Shown here one piece after another: positions 19,082 to 27,425 of a DNA stretch of 64,000 nt; positions within the stretch are counted from its first letter, which is position 1; every line of letters starts with the position of its first letter. Below the pieces are notes generated by a model that was not told the DNA's origin, made no database searches, and saw only the letters and a program-made list of their open reading frames with translations. The stretch lies in the IMG/VR virus record IMGVR_UViG_3300036945_000745, one strand, 5' to 3'. The position numbers and the translations under genes are program-made. The stretch is from a virus (Duplodnaviria; Heunggongvirae; Uroviricota; Caudoviricetes).

Positions 19082-19166
19082 TACCTCGGGCCAGACTCGA
19101 ACTGGCACGAACCTTTCGGTTCAAAGGATTTTAAGTCCTTCGTGGCTACCATTACACCACCGAGGC
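19082..19166 (-). tRNA. tRNA-Leu (UAA), type II
   Basis: GCCUCGG acceptor; anticodon arm AAGGA-CUUAAAA-UCCUU; long variable arm. Confidence 0.8.
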
Positions 19167-19169
19167 AAC

Positions 19170-19607
19170 TTATAATATGTAAAGTTTAACTTTATGAAAC
19201 TTAGTTTGTTTATCTTTCGGATTGATTAAAATATCAATTTTCTTTCTCCACCTACTATGCATCAAATCTCTAACTACATATACACCACTTAGTTTTCCAA
19301 TTCCGGTAACTCTTACCTTATCTCCAAATCTAAGTTTCTTTTTTAAATCTCTACTCACAGCTATTACCCTGTGCTTTTTAGGATTTGTTTTACTTAACCT
19401 AAATCCACTAGCCGTTATGGTTGGTGAACTATCGGTTTCTGATTCACTTACAGTATAGGTTGTTGCCGTTACTATAAGTGCATTTTGTTTCTTTACAACA
19501 ACTTCCTCTTTTTCCTTTTCAACCTCAAACTTTCTACCATCAAATTTACTAACACTTGCTGGCATCATTACAAAGATACAAAATAAAGTTCTGATTAATA
19601 TGCTCAT
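19170..19607 (-). CDS. secreted 3D-domain (MltA/YuiC-like) protein
   Basis: Signal peptide; C-terminal IAVSRDLKK-LRFGDKVRV...GVYVVRDLMHSRWRKKIDI fits the 3D-domain pattern. Confidence 0.45.
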   Translation of the reverse strand: MSILIRTLFCIFVMMPASVSKFDGRKFEVEKEKEEVVVKKQNALIVTATTYTVSESETDSSPTITASGFRLSKTNPKKHRVIAVSRDLKKKLRFGDKVRVTGIGKLSGVYVVRDLMHSRWRKKIDILINPKDKQTKFHKVKLYIL

Positions 19608-19625
19608 ACGCTTTTCTTTTGTTAG

Positions 19626-19699
<74 letters not shown>

Positions 19700-19704
19700 A
19701 TATG

Positions 19705-19778
19705 CGGGATGTACGGGACTCGAACCCGTGACCTTCGCCGTGACAGGGCGACATTGTAACCAACTCTACTAACATCCC
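19705..19778 (-). tRNA. tRNA-Asp (GUC)
   Basis: GGGAUGU acceptor; loop CUGUCAC. Confidence 0.8.
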
Positions 19779-19782
19779 ATTG

Positions 19783-19855
19783 AGCCTCCGGTCGGGCTCG
19801 AACCAACCACCTGCTGATTACAAATCAGCTGCTCTACCAAATGAGCTACGGAGGC
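19783..19855 (-). tRNA. tRNA-Thr (UGU)
   Basis: GCCUCCG/CGGAGGC acceptor; loop UUUGUAA. Confidence 0.85.
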
Positions 19856-19953
19856 AATTAAAGATTAACTACACCTATTAAAGAAATCACATCTTCTTTT
19901 CCCCAAACGAGGAATTAGTTTCACCCACATAGGCGATTTACATTAATCTTTTG

Positions 19954-20027
19954 TACTCCGTACGGGGCTCGAACCCGTAAGCTCTCCCGTGAAAGGGGAG
20001 TGTCCTAACCAATTAGACGAACGGAGC
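19954..20027 (-). tRNA. tRNA-Glu (UUC)
   Basis: Anticodon arm CUCCC-CUUUCAC-GGGAG. Confidence 0.8.
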
Positions 20028-20062
20028 GTTTGCTTTTTAAATACCTATCTATCAAAGAACTT

Positions 20063-20100
20063 ATACAAATATACAGAAAGTTTTTCAAATTTCCTAATAT
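20063..20100 (-). promoter_or_regulatory. RNA-gene-class promoter repeat (AGGAAnTTTGAAAAACTTTCTGTATATTTG)
   Basis: About 40-nt repeat shared with copies at 23463, 23584 and 24232; exact TATATTTG -7 box. Confidence 0.45.
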
Positions 20101-20104
20101 TTTT

Positions 20105-20578
20105 TTACATTTTTACTAAATGGTCAGCCGCATATGTTGCGATTGGACCTAATGTTTTATATCTAACTTCATATCCCATACCTTCAACCATACCAACCGC
20201 CTGTCTGAATACTTCGTTAGATTTATATCTAGGGTCTGGGTTCAAATCCACATCAATCCAACGAGGTTTCGGAATACCTGCTTCCTTCATCATCTCTGCC
20301 GTTTCAATAGCGTACCATACTTCATTTAACAAACGAGTAGAACGAGTCCATTCTTTTTTAGTTTGCCATCTTCTGAATAATACGTGTGCTCCTTTACCTC
20401 TATGATACAAAGCAACTACTACGGCGTATGTCGTTTTATCAGCACGATTTTGTGAATCACATCCAATAAGTATATCAACATCATCATACATATCTATATA
20501 ATTTGTAATATATTCTTCCAATTCTACACTTTCACCTGTTAGTTTTTTGTAAACCATAGTTATAAATTTTGTACCCAT
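20105..20578 (-). CDS. hypothetical protein, possible RNase H-like nuclease
   Basis: D...E...D...D spacing (ILIGCDSQ, YAIETAE, WIDVDLNPD, AADHLV); weak. Confidence 0.3.
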   Translation of the reverse strand: MGTKFITMVYKKLTGESVELEEYITNYIDMYDDVDILIGCDSQNRADKTTYAVVVALYHRGKGAHVLFRRWQTKKEWTRSTRLLNEVWYAIETAEMMKEAGIPKPRWIDVDLNPDPRYKSNEVFRQAVGMVEGMGYEVRYKTLGPIATYAADHLVKM

Positions 20579-20646
20579 AGAAGGACTCGAACCTTCAATT
20601 GTGTGGTGTCTAAAGCCACTGCGTATTCCAATTCCGCCATACGGGC
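20572..20646 (-). tRNA. atypical tRNA, anticodon UAG (Leu by anticodon) but type-I architecture
   Basis: GCCCGUA/UAUGGGU acceptor; T-arm GAAGG-UUCGAGU-CCUUC; anticodon stem GUGGC/ACCAC with a C-A at the loop end; 6-nt variable region. Confidence 0.5.
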
Positions 20647-20655
20647 AATTTTAAG

Positions 20656-20741
20656 TAGAGAGTAAGGGGCTCGAACCCTTGCGACTTTAACATCCTACCT
20701 GTTTAGCAAACAGGCCCCTTCACCAACTTGGGTAACTCTCT
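20656..20741 (-). tRNA. tRNA-Ser (GCU), type II
   Basis: AGAGAGU/ACUCUCU acceptor; loop UUGCUAA; long variable arm. Confidence 0.85.
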
Positions 20742-20743
20742 AT

Positions 20744-20820
20744 TGGGGTGATTAATGGGATTCGAACCCATACTATCAGTACCACAAACTGACGTGCTAA
20801 CCATTAACACTATAAACACC
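20744..20820 (-). tRNA. tRNA-His (GUG) with G-1 and encoded CCA
   Basis: Extra 5' G pairs with C73 (histidine identity element); loop UUGUGGU; 3' CCCA. Confidence 0.8.
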
Positions 20821-20888
20821 ATATTTCGTATAATATATTATACATTTACCCCTAAATACCAGGTTTTTGTATAGTATAATATACATTG

Positions 20889-20958
20889 TTGCATGTATGA
20901 GGTTCGAACTCATTTGGTCATCCTTATGAGAGATAACTCTTTTCCACTAAGCCATGCA
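20889..20958 (-). tRNA. tRNA-like gene, anticodon CAU, with a degenerate D-arm (possible Met/Ile2 or pseudo-tRNA)
   Basis: Loop CUCAUAA; T-arm AUGAG-UUCGAAC-CUCAU; acceptor has 6 bp plus a G-A; no convincing D-stem; 70 nt. Confidence 0.4.
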
Positions 20959-21025
20959 GTTTGTGGAATCGAACCACTTTCCCAACTCCACGTCGGGCGA
21001 TATATCCAATATCCTTCACCGGTTG
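20959..21025 (-). ncRNA. tRNA-sized element with a T-arm but no foldable acceptor or anticodon stem (tRNA remnant?)
   Basis: GUGG-UUCGAUU-CCAC T-arm; exactly fills the gap between two tRNAs. Confidence 0.25.
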
Positions 21026-21095
21026 AGGTCAATGTTGGAATCGAACCAACTCCGTAAGTTTTGCAGACCCACCGGCCTCCACGACCAAACTGACC
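21026..21095 (-). tRNA. tRNA-Cys (GCA)
   Basis: GGUCAGU/AUUGACC acceptor; loop CUGCAAA; short D-arm. Confidence 0.75.
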
Positions 21096-21101
21096 ATTAT
21101 G

Positions 21102-21173
21102 TAGTTCTATTAGGATTCGAACCCAAACTTCTTCATCCGTAGTGAAGGGTGCTATCCGTTACACCATAGAACT
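21102..21173 (-). tRNA. tRNA-Arg (ACG)
   Basis: Anticodon arm CUUCA-CUACGGA-UGAAG. Confidence 0.85.
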
Positions 21174-21178
21174 ATTAG

Positions 21179-21249
21179 CACGGATAGAAAGATTCGAACT
21201 TCCATCAAAGGTTTTGGAGACCCGTATGCTACCATTGCACCATACCCGT
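21179..21249 (-). tRNA. tRNA-Trp (CCA)
   Basis: GGUCUCCAAAACC anticodon region. Confidence 0.8.
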
Positions 21250-21340
21250 AATTAATAAGGCGTTACGCATCCATCTGTAACTTTACTTTTTTTGAGTCCG
21301 GATGTGGCCACATCAACTCTGGGAACTATTACCTTATTTG

Positions 21341-21414
21341 TTGGTAATGCGGGATTCGAACCTGCCACCTTCTCGGTATCAGCGAGATGCTCTAACCAAA
21401 TGAGCTAATTACCA
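21341..21414 (-). tRNA. tRNA-Ile (GAU)
   Basis: UGGUAAU/AUUACCA acceptor; loop CUGAUAC. Confidence 0.85.
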
Positions 21415-21420
21415 ATATTG

Positions 21421-21496
21421 TCGGATAGGCAGGATTCGAACCTGCGTGCTCTGCTTCCCAAAAGCAGCGAGATAGACCTGACTCCTCTACTATCCG
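21421..21496 (-). tRNA. tRNA-Pro (UGG)
   Basis: CGGAUAG/CUAUCCG acceptor; loop UUUGGGA. Confidence 0.85.
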
Positions 21497-21502
21497 TTAT
21501 TG

Positions 21503-21576
21503 TGAACCCGAATGGACTCGAACCATTGACTCCCTCATTAAAAGTGAGGTGCTCTAACCAACTGAGCTACGGATTC
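21503..21576 (-). tRNA. tRNA-Lys (UUU)
   Basis: Anticodon arm CCUCA-CUUUUAA-UGAGG. Confidence 0.85.
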
Positions 21577-21581
21577 AATTG

Positions 21582-21654
21582 TGGGACCTAATGGAATCGA
21601 ACCATTTCCTTTGGATTTTCAGTCCAACGTACGCACCAGCTATACGAAAGCCCC
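21582..21654 (-). tRNA. tRNA-Phe (GAA)
   Basis: Anticodon arm UUGGA-CUGAAAA-UCCAA. Confidence 0.8.
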
Positions 21655-21660
21655 AATTGG

Positions 21661-21740
21661 TGGGAGTAGACGGACTCGAACCGCCGAACCCGAAGGAGAG
21701 CATTTACAGTGCCCCGCAATTGCCGCTATGCGATACTCCC
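21661..21740 (-). tRNA. tRNA-Tyr (GUA), type II
   Basis: GGGAGUA/UACUCCC acceptor; loop CUGUAAA; long variable arm. Confidence 0.85.
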
Positions 21741-21808
21741 AATTTCCAATTTTGTTATCACCATTTCCCCTCTAAACGAGCGGCGTGTTCCGGATTGGTA
21801 ACCGTTAG

Positions 21809-21882
21809 TAGGAGATATAGGATTCGAACCTATGACCCTTTGGATGTAAACCAAATGCTCTAACCAACTGAGCTAATCTTCT
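21809..21882 (-). tRNA. tRNA-Val (UAC)
   Basis: Anticodon arm UUUGG-UUUACAU-CCAAA. Confidence 0.8.
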
Positions 21883-21885
21883 ATT

Positions 21886-21960
21886 TGGCGGGGGAAGATG
21901 GATTCGAACCAACAACCTTTGAATTAACAGTTCACTGCTCTACCGTTGAGCTATACCCCC
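21886..21960 (-). tRNA. tRNA-Asn (GUU), CCA encoded
   Basis: ACUGUUAAU anticodon region; 3' GCCA. Confidence 0.8.
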
Positions 21961-21994
21961 AAAACAAAAAACCCCTAACTTTGTGAGTTAGAGG
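21961..21994 (-). terminator. intrinsic terminator abutting the 5' end of tRNA-Asn
   Basis: Minus-strand CCUCUAAC-UCACAAA-GUUAGGGG hairpin followed by UUUUUUGUUUU. Confidence 0.5.
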
Positions 21995-23462
21995 TTTAAA
22001 TATTCTTATAAAATTTTTACACTTTATCCTAATATGATGTCCTCTAACTTTGTACTAATATAATCCACTTTGCCTAAATTCAAGACTGCCGGATTTGCTA
22101 TCGTACTAAACATACCATTCCCTGTCCACTCATTTCTTTGCGGTTGCAGGTTACAAATTGTATGTTGCGTTAAAGTTTTCATCGTTAATATATATCTAAT
22201 TATTTTAATTTATTCATTTTTTTAAAAAAAGAGTTTTGGAAGGCGGAACTCTTAATATTGTACTTCTATCTGAACCGGCAATATTTTATCGTGTCTTATT
22301 GCGTTTTTGTTGAAAACCCTTCCGAAAAACAGCTACCCTTACTTACTTTTTAGTTTATGCTTTTAGGTCATTTAAACTAAGTTGCCTTATTAGCCAAGCA
22401 CAATCTTAAATGTGGACCACGAGAATCTTAATTGAGCGGTGAAAGGTGCTGCCCCCCTCCTCCTATCTGGAATGATAGGCGTGCTACTGTTACACTAACA
22501 CCGCTTATAAAAAAAGGATGAGAATACTCCTTTTGGCGAACCAGCTTTAGAAAGATTATTTGATTCCTTCCGTTTCCACACCCTTTTGAGGTGTACCAAT
22601 TCAATGTGGGTTAGTAATGCCAACCACTCATAGAGTTTCAAACTACTCTCTTCCTACTTATTTTCTTCAAGCCTCGCAGCCTGATTAGTTCTTGCGGAAT
22701 TAGAAACCTTTCAAAAGAATCACAGACCTCTTGCGGAGGTATCGTGGCAGGGAACAACTCCCTACTATGTACACACCTTTCATCTGAAACTGGTAAACAC
22801 TTTTGCTTAATTTGATTTATAAGTTTGCACTTCATACGGCAAATTGAGTTTTGGTTTGTAGATGGATTCGAGTAGTGGTTTACCACCAGCTCCGTTATCT
22901 TTTGAACAACAGAATACTATACTACTCAATGTGTTATCCCTAACACCATACATCAAGTCATCTTCAATAGAAGGGGTTGGTGCCCCACTCTAAAGGATAG
23001 TAACGCCACCACGCGTACACAGTCTTATCTTACGTCCTTTCGGATAGCTTGATTCTCAAGACCACTTTGGTATTGAATCACGCAATGATAAGGAGAGATT
23101 AAGTCCTTACTTCTCGCAATAATTCTATGAGTTATTCTTATTGATGTTCCCATCTCAACTGAACAATCTACGTTTGCCCAGTCATTTCGGCTCTTCGATG
23201 ATAGTGTTACCCCCATCTACAAAGTCAAAATGATATCTCACTTGCCTACTCAAGCTTATCTCCCTTACGGGGGAGTAGCCGCAGTTACATTAACCAATGT
23301 ACCCACTTTATCCTACTTTCGTAGTTTATTTCACGACCATAGGCGGCCGTTGTTACACTATGTAGAACGAATCTACTATGTGTAATCTTTTCAGTATTTT
23401 AAAGAACATTTTTGAAGTTGAATACCGAGTATCTTTCATTACCTATAAGTTTCAAACTTATT

Positions 23463-23503
23463 ATAAAGATACGAAAAGTTTTTCAAACTTCCTAATTTAT
23501 TTT
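23463..23503 (-). promoter_or_regulatory. RNA-gene-class promoter repeat, reading into the ORF-free region
   Basis: Plus-strand ataaagatacgaaaagtttttcaaacttcctaatttatttt. Confidence 0.4.
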
Positions 23504-23583
23504 ACTTTTTTTGTTGAACATTTTCGGCTATCCTGCTAATGTGTGTTTAGACTATACTGCCTTCCTACTTCTGAACAACTTTA

Positions 23584-23622
23584 CAAATATACGAAAACAT
23601 TTTCACATTTCCTAATTTATTT
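23584..23622 (-). promoter_or_regulatory. RNA-gene-class promoter repeat, reading into the ORF-free region
   Basis: Plus-strand caaatatacgaaaacattttcacatttcctaatttattt. Confidence 0.45.
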
Positions 23623-23638
23623 GTAAATATTTTTTTAG

Positions 23639-23710
23639 TTGCGGATGAAGGATTCGAACCTCCGACCTTATGGTTATGAGCCACACGAGCTACCACTGCT
23701 CTAATCCGCG
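23639..23710 (-). tRNA. initiator tRNA-fMet (CAU)
   Basis: C1xA72 mismatch, A11:U24 pair, loop CUCAUAA, GG/CC at the base of the anticodon stem: all bacterial initiator hallmarks. Confidence 0.7.
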
Positions 23711-23754
23711 ATATAATTTTAAAGAACTTCTATATTGTTGTATTTATATATATA

Positions 23755-23768
23755 CAAATATACGGAAA
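23755..23768 (-). promoter_or_regulatory. promoter for initiator tRNA-fMet
   Basis: TATATTTG -7 box about 40 nt upstream of the tRNA 5' end. Confidence 0.45.
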
Positions 23769-23806
23769 AAAATAAAAAATACAAAATAATTTTTACTTTT
23801 TTTTTG

Positions 23807-24211
23807 TGGAGGTGGAGGGAGTCGAACCCTCGTCCAAATACGGAGTTAATAACCATCGTTCACAAGCTTATTTAGTTTTTCTTAACTAACAAAATAAATA
23901 GTTTCTAATTCCCCGTTGCTACTATTAAACTTAGATGGTTCTATTGTTAAGGATAATTACCAAAAACACTTCCTATTTCTTTTCGGATAGAAATCACACC
24001 TGGTTTCACATTCTTTTTTACCTCACGATGTGTGCGAGGAAGGATTAGGCTGCTACAGCGTAATCGGCACCTACGAAAGACATTGCATCTTCGAAGGTCA
24101 TTGTAGATAATTCTACTGCGTTTATTGTTCGATAGGTATTTACGGATTTCCATCTAACCCGGCTTGCATCAACTTACCAATTCATCGTACCTGTCAAATC
24201 CAGGCACCCCC
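23807..24211 (-). ncRNA. ssrA: tmRNA (SsrA)
   Basis: 5' GGGGGUGCCUGGAUUUGACAGG and 3' GAGGGUUCGACUCCCUCCACCUCCA form a tRNA-Ala-like acceptor with G3:U70. Internal reading frame ...GCCGAUUACGCUGUAGCAGCCUAA encodes ...GADYAVAA followed by a stop. Confidence 0.8.
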
Positions 24212-24231
24212 TTATTTCAAATAACTTATTA

Positions 24232-24271
24232 CAAATATACAGAAAGTTTTTTAAACTTCCAAATTTATTTT
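24232..24271 (-). promoter_or_regulatory. promoter for tmRNA
   Basis: RNA-gene-class repeat; -7 box TATATTTG about 20 nt upstream of the mature tmRNA 5' end. Confidence 0.5.
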
Positions 24272-24999
24272 ATAATATTTGCGTTTTTCAACATTAATTG
24301 TGTGGTTACCCACTTCTTACCAATTGGATTCTTTATGCCAGAAGTAATAAAATTACTAACATTCTTTTTAATATCTCCGGTAACATTATTACCATCATTA
24401 CTATTATCCACAATACGGAAATTACCGCTGAACATTGTTTGGAATTTACCCAAATTGTTTTGGCAATCTTTCCAAATTGGAATCAATAGGTTTTCTGGCA
24501 ATACTCTATCTCTCTTAGAGTTTCTATGTTTAGCAACTTCCAAAGATGTGTTTACAAATACCATAAAGGTATCGTATCCCAATGCTTCAGCTCTTTGCTT
24601 TTGTTTTTGAATCTTAGCTACATCATCACCCGTTCCATCGATAACCATTCCTAATCTACCCTCTTCATAAAATGATTTAATCTTTTGAGTAGTTTGCTTA
24701 GCCAATTCTCTTACACCATGTGGGTCTTTAGTAATCTTATCCCATAATTCGGGTTGCTCTTTTTCTATCTTAGCTAAATCCTTTGGGTCAATTCCATTCT
24801 TTTTTAATTGAGCTTCAAATGCCGTATCTGAATTTACAGACTTCAAACCACTAGCTGAAAAAGATGCAATACCTTGTATTCCAAATATCTCTTTTGATAC
24901 TTTTGATTTACCACTACCAGGTCCTCCTGCTAAAAATATACATTTTAGAATGCCTGGGTCATATACACCCTCCTTTAACAAATCAGTTAATCGCATCAT
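24265..24999 (-). CDS. P-loop nucleotide/nucleoside kinase-like protein
   Basis: Walker A IFLAGGPGSGKSKV; substrate unknown. Confidence 0.5.
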   Translation of the reverse strand: MMRLTDLLKEGVYDPGILKCIFLAGGPGSGKSKVSKEIFGIQGIASFSASGLKSVNSDTAFEAQLKKNGIDPKDLAKIEKEQPELWDKITKDPHGVRELAKQTTQKIKSFYEEGRLGMVIDGTGDDVAKIQKQKQRAEALGYDTFMVFVNTSLEVAKHRNSKRDRVLPENLLIPIWKDCQNNLGKFQTMFSGNFRIVDNSNDGNNVTGDIKKNVSNFITSGIKNPIGKKWVTTQLMLKNANIIK

Positions 25000-25304
25000 T
25001 ATAGTATTTTTTTAATTATATTATCCATATTTAAATCAAATGCATATCCTGCGCCTGGATATCTCATATTAGATTGAAATTTCAATCCAGTCTTTTTTTC
25101 TAAACGGATTATAACTAAATCTCTAAAATCTTTATCGGTTGCATTCTTTTTACTTTTAATCAATTCAATTGCATCCAATCCCTTACTATCGGGTATTAAT
25201 ATGAGTGTATTTTCTTTAGATGTAATAGTAAAGTTTACATCAGCTATTGCGAAAAAATCCAACTTAGTTTTAGCCTCTGCTAATAATGTTTTTAATTTTA
25301 TCAT
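24999..25304 (-). CDS. hypothetical protein
   Basis: 101-aa ORF. Confidence 0.45.
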   Translation of the reverse strand: MIKLKTLLAEAKTKLDFFAIADVNFTITSKENTLILIPDSKGLDAIELIKSKKNATDKDFRDLVIIRLEKKTGLKFQSNMRYPGAGYAFDLNMDNIIKKIL

Positions 25305-25684
25305 CTTACATCAAATTTTTCTATGATTGCAATAGCAGCTTCCATATGTTTAACTGCTTCCTTACTATATGGTCTAATATTGTGAATAACGTGCTTCAAA
25401 TCATCCAATGCTTTTTCTCTTGTCATATTATGCATTGTTGCTTCTGAAATGGTTTCTCTTAATTTTCCTAAATGGTTAAGAGCATCCTTTTCGTTCTTCT
25501 TAAAGTAATCTACAACTTCTCTTTTAGTATCAAATGATAATTGACCCTTTCCTTTCTTTACATCATCAACCCAAAATGAATCAGAATCTCTATTGTATTC
25601 GTAGTATCCTACAAGTTTTCCGTTTGATAATACCTTACCATCTTTAACATCCCAATTCTCTCTTAATAAGTCTTTTAATTTCAT
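25301..25684 (-). CDS. hypothetical protein
   Basis: 127-aa ORF. Confidence 0.45.
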   Translation of the reverse strand: MKLKDLLRENWDVKDGKVLSNGKLVGYYEYNRDSDSFWVDDVKKGKGQLSFDTKREVVDYFKKNEKDALNHLGKLRETISEATMHNMTREKALDDLKHVIHNIRPYSKEAVKHMEAAIAIIEKFDVR

Positions 25685-26001
25685 TAGTTGATATAGCAGT
25701 TTAGTTCGTATTTGGATTTCATTCCATATACTTGGATGTGTAATTGCTTTCTTTGAACTTTACCATCTTTGGATAATTCAATACTGAATCTATTAGTCTT
25801 ACCTTCGGATGGTTTCTTTGGCCCCATTCCTATTTTTCTGAACGAATCATCATCATTTATTTCATATCCTTGCTTCTCTGCATATTCTTTGGCCGCATTG
25901 ATAGCTGATGTATATGTATTATGATAAGTTTCAATCTTAGCAGCTTCTTTTAGAACTGATTTGATTTTTGACTCAGCTATAATTGATTTTAATGTTATCA
26001 T
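25684..26001 (-). CDS. hypothetical protein
   Basis: 105-aa ORF. Confidence 0.45.
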   Translation of the reverse strand: MITLKSIIAESKIKSVLKEAAKIETYHNTYTSAINAAKEYAEKQGYEINDDDSFRKIGMGPKKPSEGKTNRFSIELSKDGKVQRKQLHIQVYGMKSKYELNCYIN

Positions 26002-26035
26002 TTGTTTAAAAGTTTATTATAAATATAAGATAATA

Positions 26036-26419
26036 TTATAATCCTACTTCTTCCCAATTAGAATTGTTGAATCCAGCATCTCTTTTAACTGATACGGATA
26101 GTGCTCTATTACGTTCTTCATCTTTTGAAGAGTTGTTATTGATTAGGATACGTTCCTCTCTACCAATACCCATTACTAATTGATGGAATTGAAATCCTGC
26201 GTTTCCTAATTGTCTAACGGTTACTCCTCTCAAAGAATCAGGTCGTGCGGTAGTGATTACAATGTGATGTCCGGCATCAATCCACTCTCTAAATTTCTCT
26301 GCAGCGCCTGGTAGAACTTCAAAGTTATTTTCATTTAGTTCATTAAAATCTACTTGTCTTAAAAGAGTTCCATCGATATCACAAAAGATAGTTTTTACAT
26401 TTTTCTGGCTCATACTCAT
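26036..26419 (-). CDS. small HAD-family phosphatase (nucleotidase-like)
   Basis: Motif I IFCDIDGTLL. Confidence 0.5.
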   Translation of the reverse strand: MSMSQKNVKTIFCDIDGTLLRQVDFNELNENNFEVLPGAAEKFREWIDAGHHIVITTARPDSLRGVTVRQLGNAGFQFHQLVMGIGREERILINNNSSKDEERNRALSVSVKRDAGFNNSNWEEVGL

Positions 26420-26477
26420 TACGTTTTTATTGACAACAAATATACAAAATATATCCGATATATCAAAGCTTTTTTAC

Positions 26478-26699
26478 TTATTTTTTATTACCAAATCCAA
26501 TTATTTGGGGTTTATCGGCAGATTCCATATATTGTTTCAATACATCTTCTCTATTATGAATTAGGGTTGCGGTCATCATTAATAATTCCATATCCCACTC
26601 ATCCTCAACCCACTCTTTAAATAATTTTGTTAGTAATTTTGATTTTAATTTTCTAATCATATTACCAACTTGATGAATAAAGATACTCACCTCTTTCAT
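26478..26699 (-). CDS. hypothetical protein
   Basis: 73-aa ORF. Confidence 0.35.
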   Translation of the reverse strand: MKEVSIFIHQVGNMIRKLKSKLLTKLFKEWVEDEWDMELLMMTATLIHNREDVLKQYMESADKPQIIGFGNKK

Positions 26700-27111
26700 C
26701 TTCTAACGCTTCTTTAAGAATCTCAATTGTATTATCGATACCATTGAAATACCACTCATCATATTCAGTACCTCCAAAGAAGAAACCACTTGCTGACGGT
26801 AATAACTCATCAGCTAATGAATTATCTGCTTTAACTTTTTCACATAATTCCAATAGAGTTTCCAAAGTGGATTTACTTACATAGTATTCACCACAATCAT
26901 CATTACCATTCTGAACATTCTCTACGAACCAGCGATGGATTTGATTTTGCTTTCGCCAATATCCAGCCTCTTCAATAATATACTTAACCTTTTTAGGGTC
27001 AATCTTTGTAGGTTCACCACCTTTGGTTACTTTTACCTCATAGTTGTCAGCACCATTGTGTTCCCAATATTGAACATAAGTGTGTTTGTTTAAATACATG
27101 TCTAATCCCAT
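26662..27111 (-). CDS. hypothetical protein
   Basis: 149-aa ORF. Confidence 0.45.
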   Translation of the reverse strand: MGLDMYLNKHTYVQYWEHNGADNYEVKVTKGGEPTKIDPKKVKYIIEEAGYWRKQNQIHRWFVENVQNGNDDCGEYYVSKSTLETLLELCEKVKADNSLADELLPSASGFFFGGTEYDEWYFNGIDNTIEILKEALEDERGEYLYSSSW

Positions 27112-27145
27112 AATTTTAAATTTTAAAGTTTATATAATTAATTTT

Positions 27146-27400
27146 TTAAAGATGGCAATTCATATTACACATTGCCAATAAATAAATGTTGTTTCTACAA
27201 TCTGAATCTGCTCTATTAAGTGCTAAGTATAAGTTATTAGCAACTACGGCTTCAACGAACCCACCACCGGCGTAAGAACTCTTATCACGTGTACACATAA
27301 TAGAAACCATGATATCCAAAATATGTTCACTTACATTTGTGAATCCATACTCAATAGCAAACTTCGTTGCTCTTTCATAACATTGTTCTCTGATATCCAT
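27146..27400 (-). CDS. hypothetical protein
   Basis: 84-aa ORF. Confidence 0.4.
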   Translation of the reverse strand: MDIREQCYERATKFAIEYGFTNVSEHILDIMVSIMCTRDKSSYAGGGFVEAVVANNLYLALNRADSDCRNNIYLLAMCNMNCHL

Positions 27401-27425
27401 ATTTTAAGTTTTAAGTTTTAAGAAA

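Noticed and set aside
18886-19152. 88-aa minus ORF and the 17882..18079 and 18081..18380 ORFs inside the tRNA array
   Set aside because: They overlap well-formed tRNA genes (Ala, Leu, Gln, Gly). Their translations are read-through of tRNA sequence.
20572-20646. Reading the atypical tRNA as an ochre suppressor (anticodon UUA)
   Set aside because: A 7-nt loop with a closed 5-bp stem forces the UAG register. The UUA register needs two extra mismatches. The ORFs show no sign of stop-codon recoding (long uninterrupted standard-code frames).
21250-21340. Hidden tRNA in the 90-nt spacer between tRNA-Trp and tRNA-Ile, and in the 67-nt spacer at 21741..21808
   Set aside because: Neither strand offers a T-loop or a pairable acceptor. 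Only a palindromic GAUGUGGCCACAUC hairpin is present. Left unannotated.
22000-23460. rRNA fragment, RNase P RNA or group I intron as the identity of the ORF-free region
   Set aside because: I looked for RNase P P4 (AGGAAAGUCCGGGCUCC / ACAGAAnCCGGCUUA), a 5S-like core and group I P7 motifs on both strands and found none. I cannot run covariance models, so the region is left as an unassigned ncRNA candidate.
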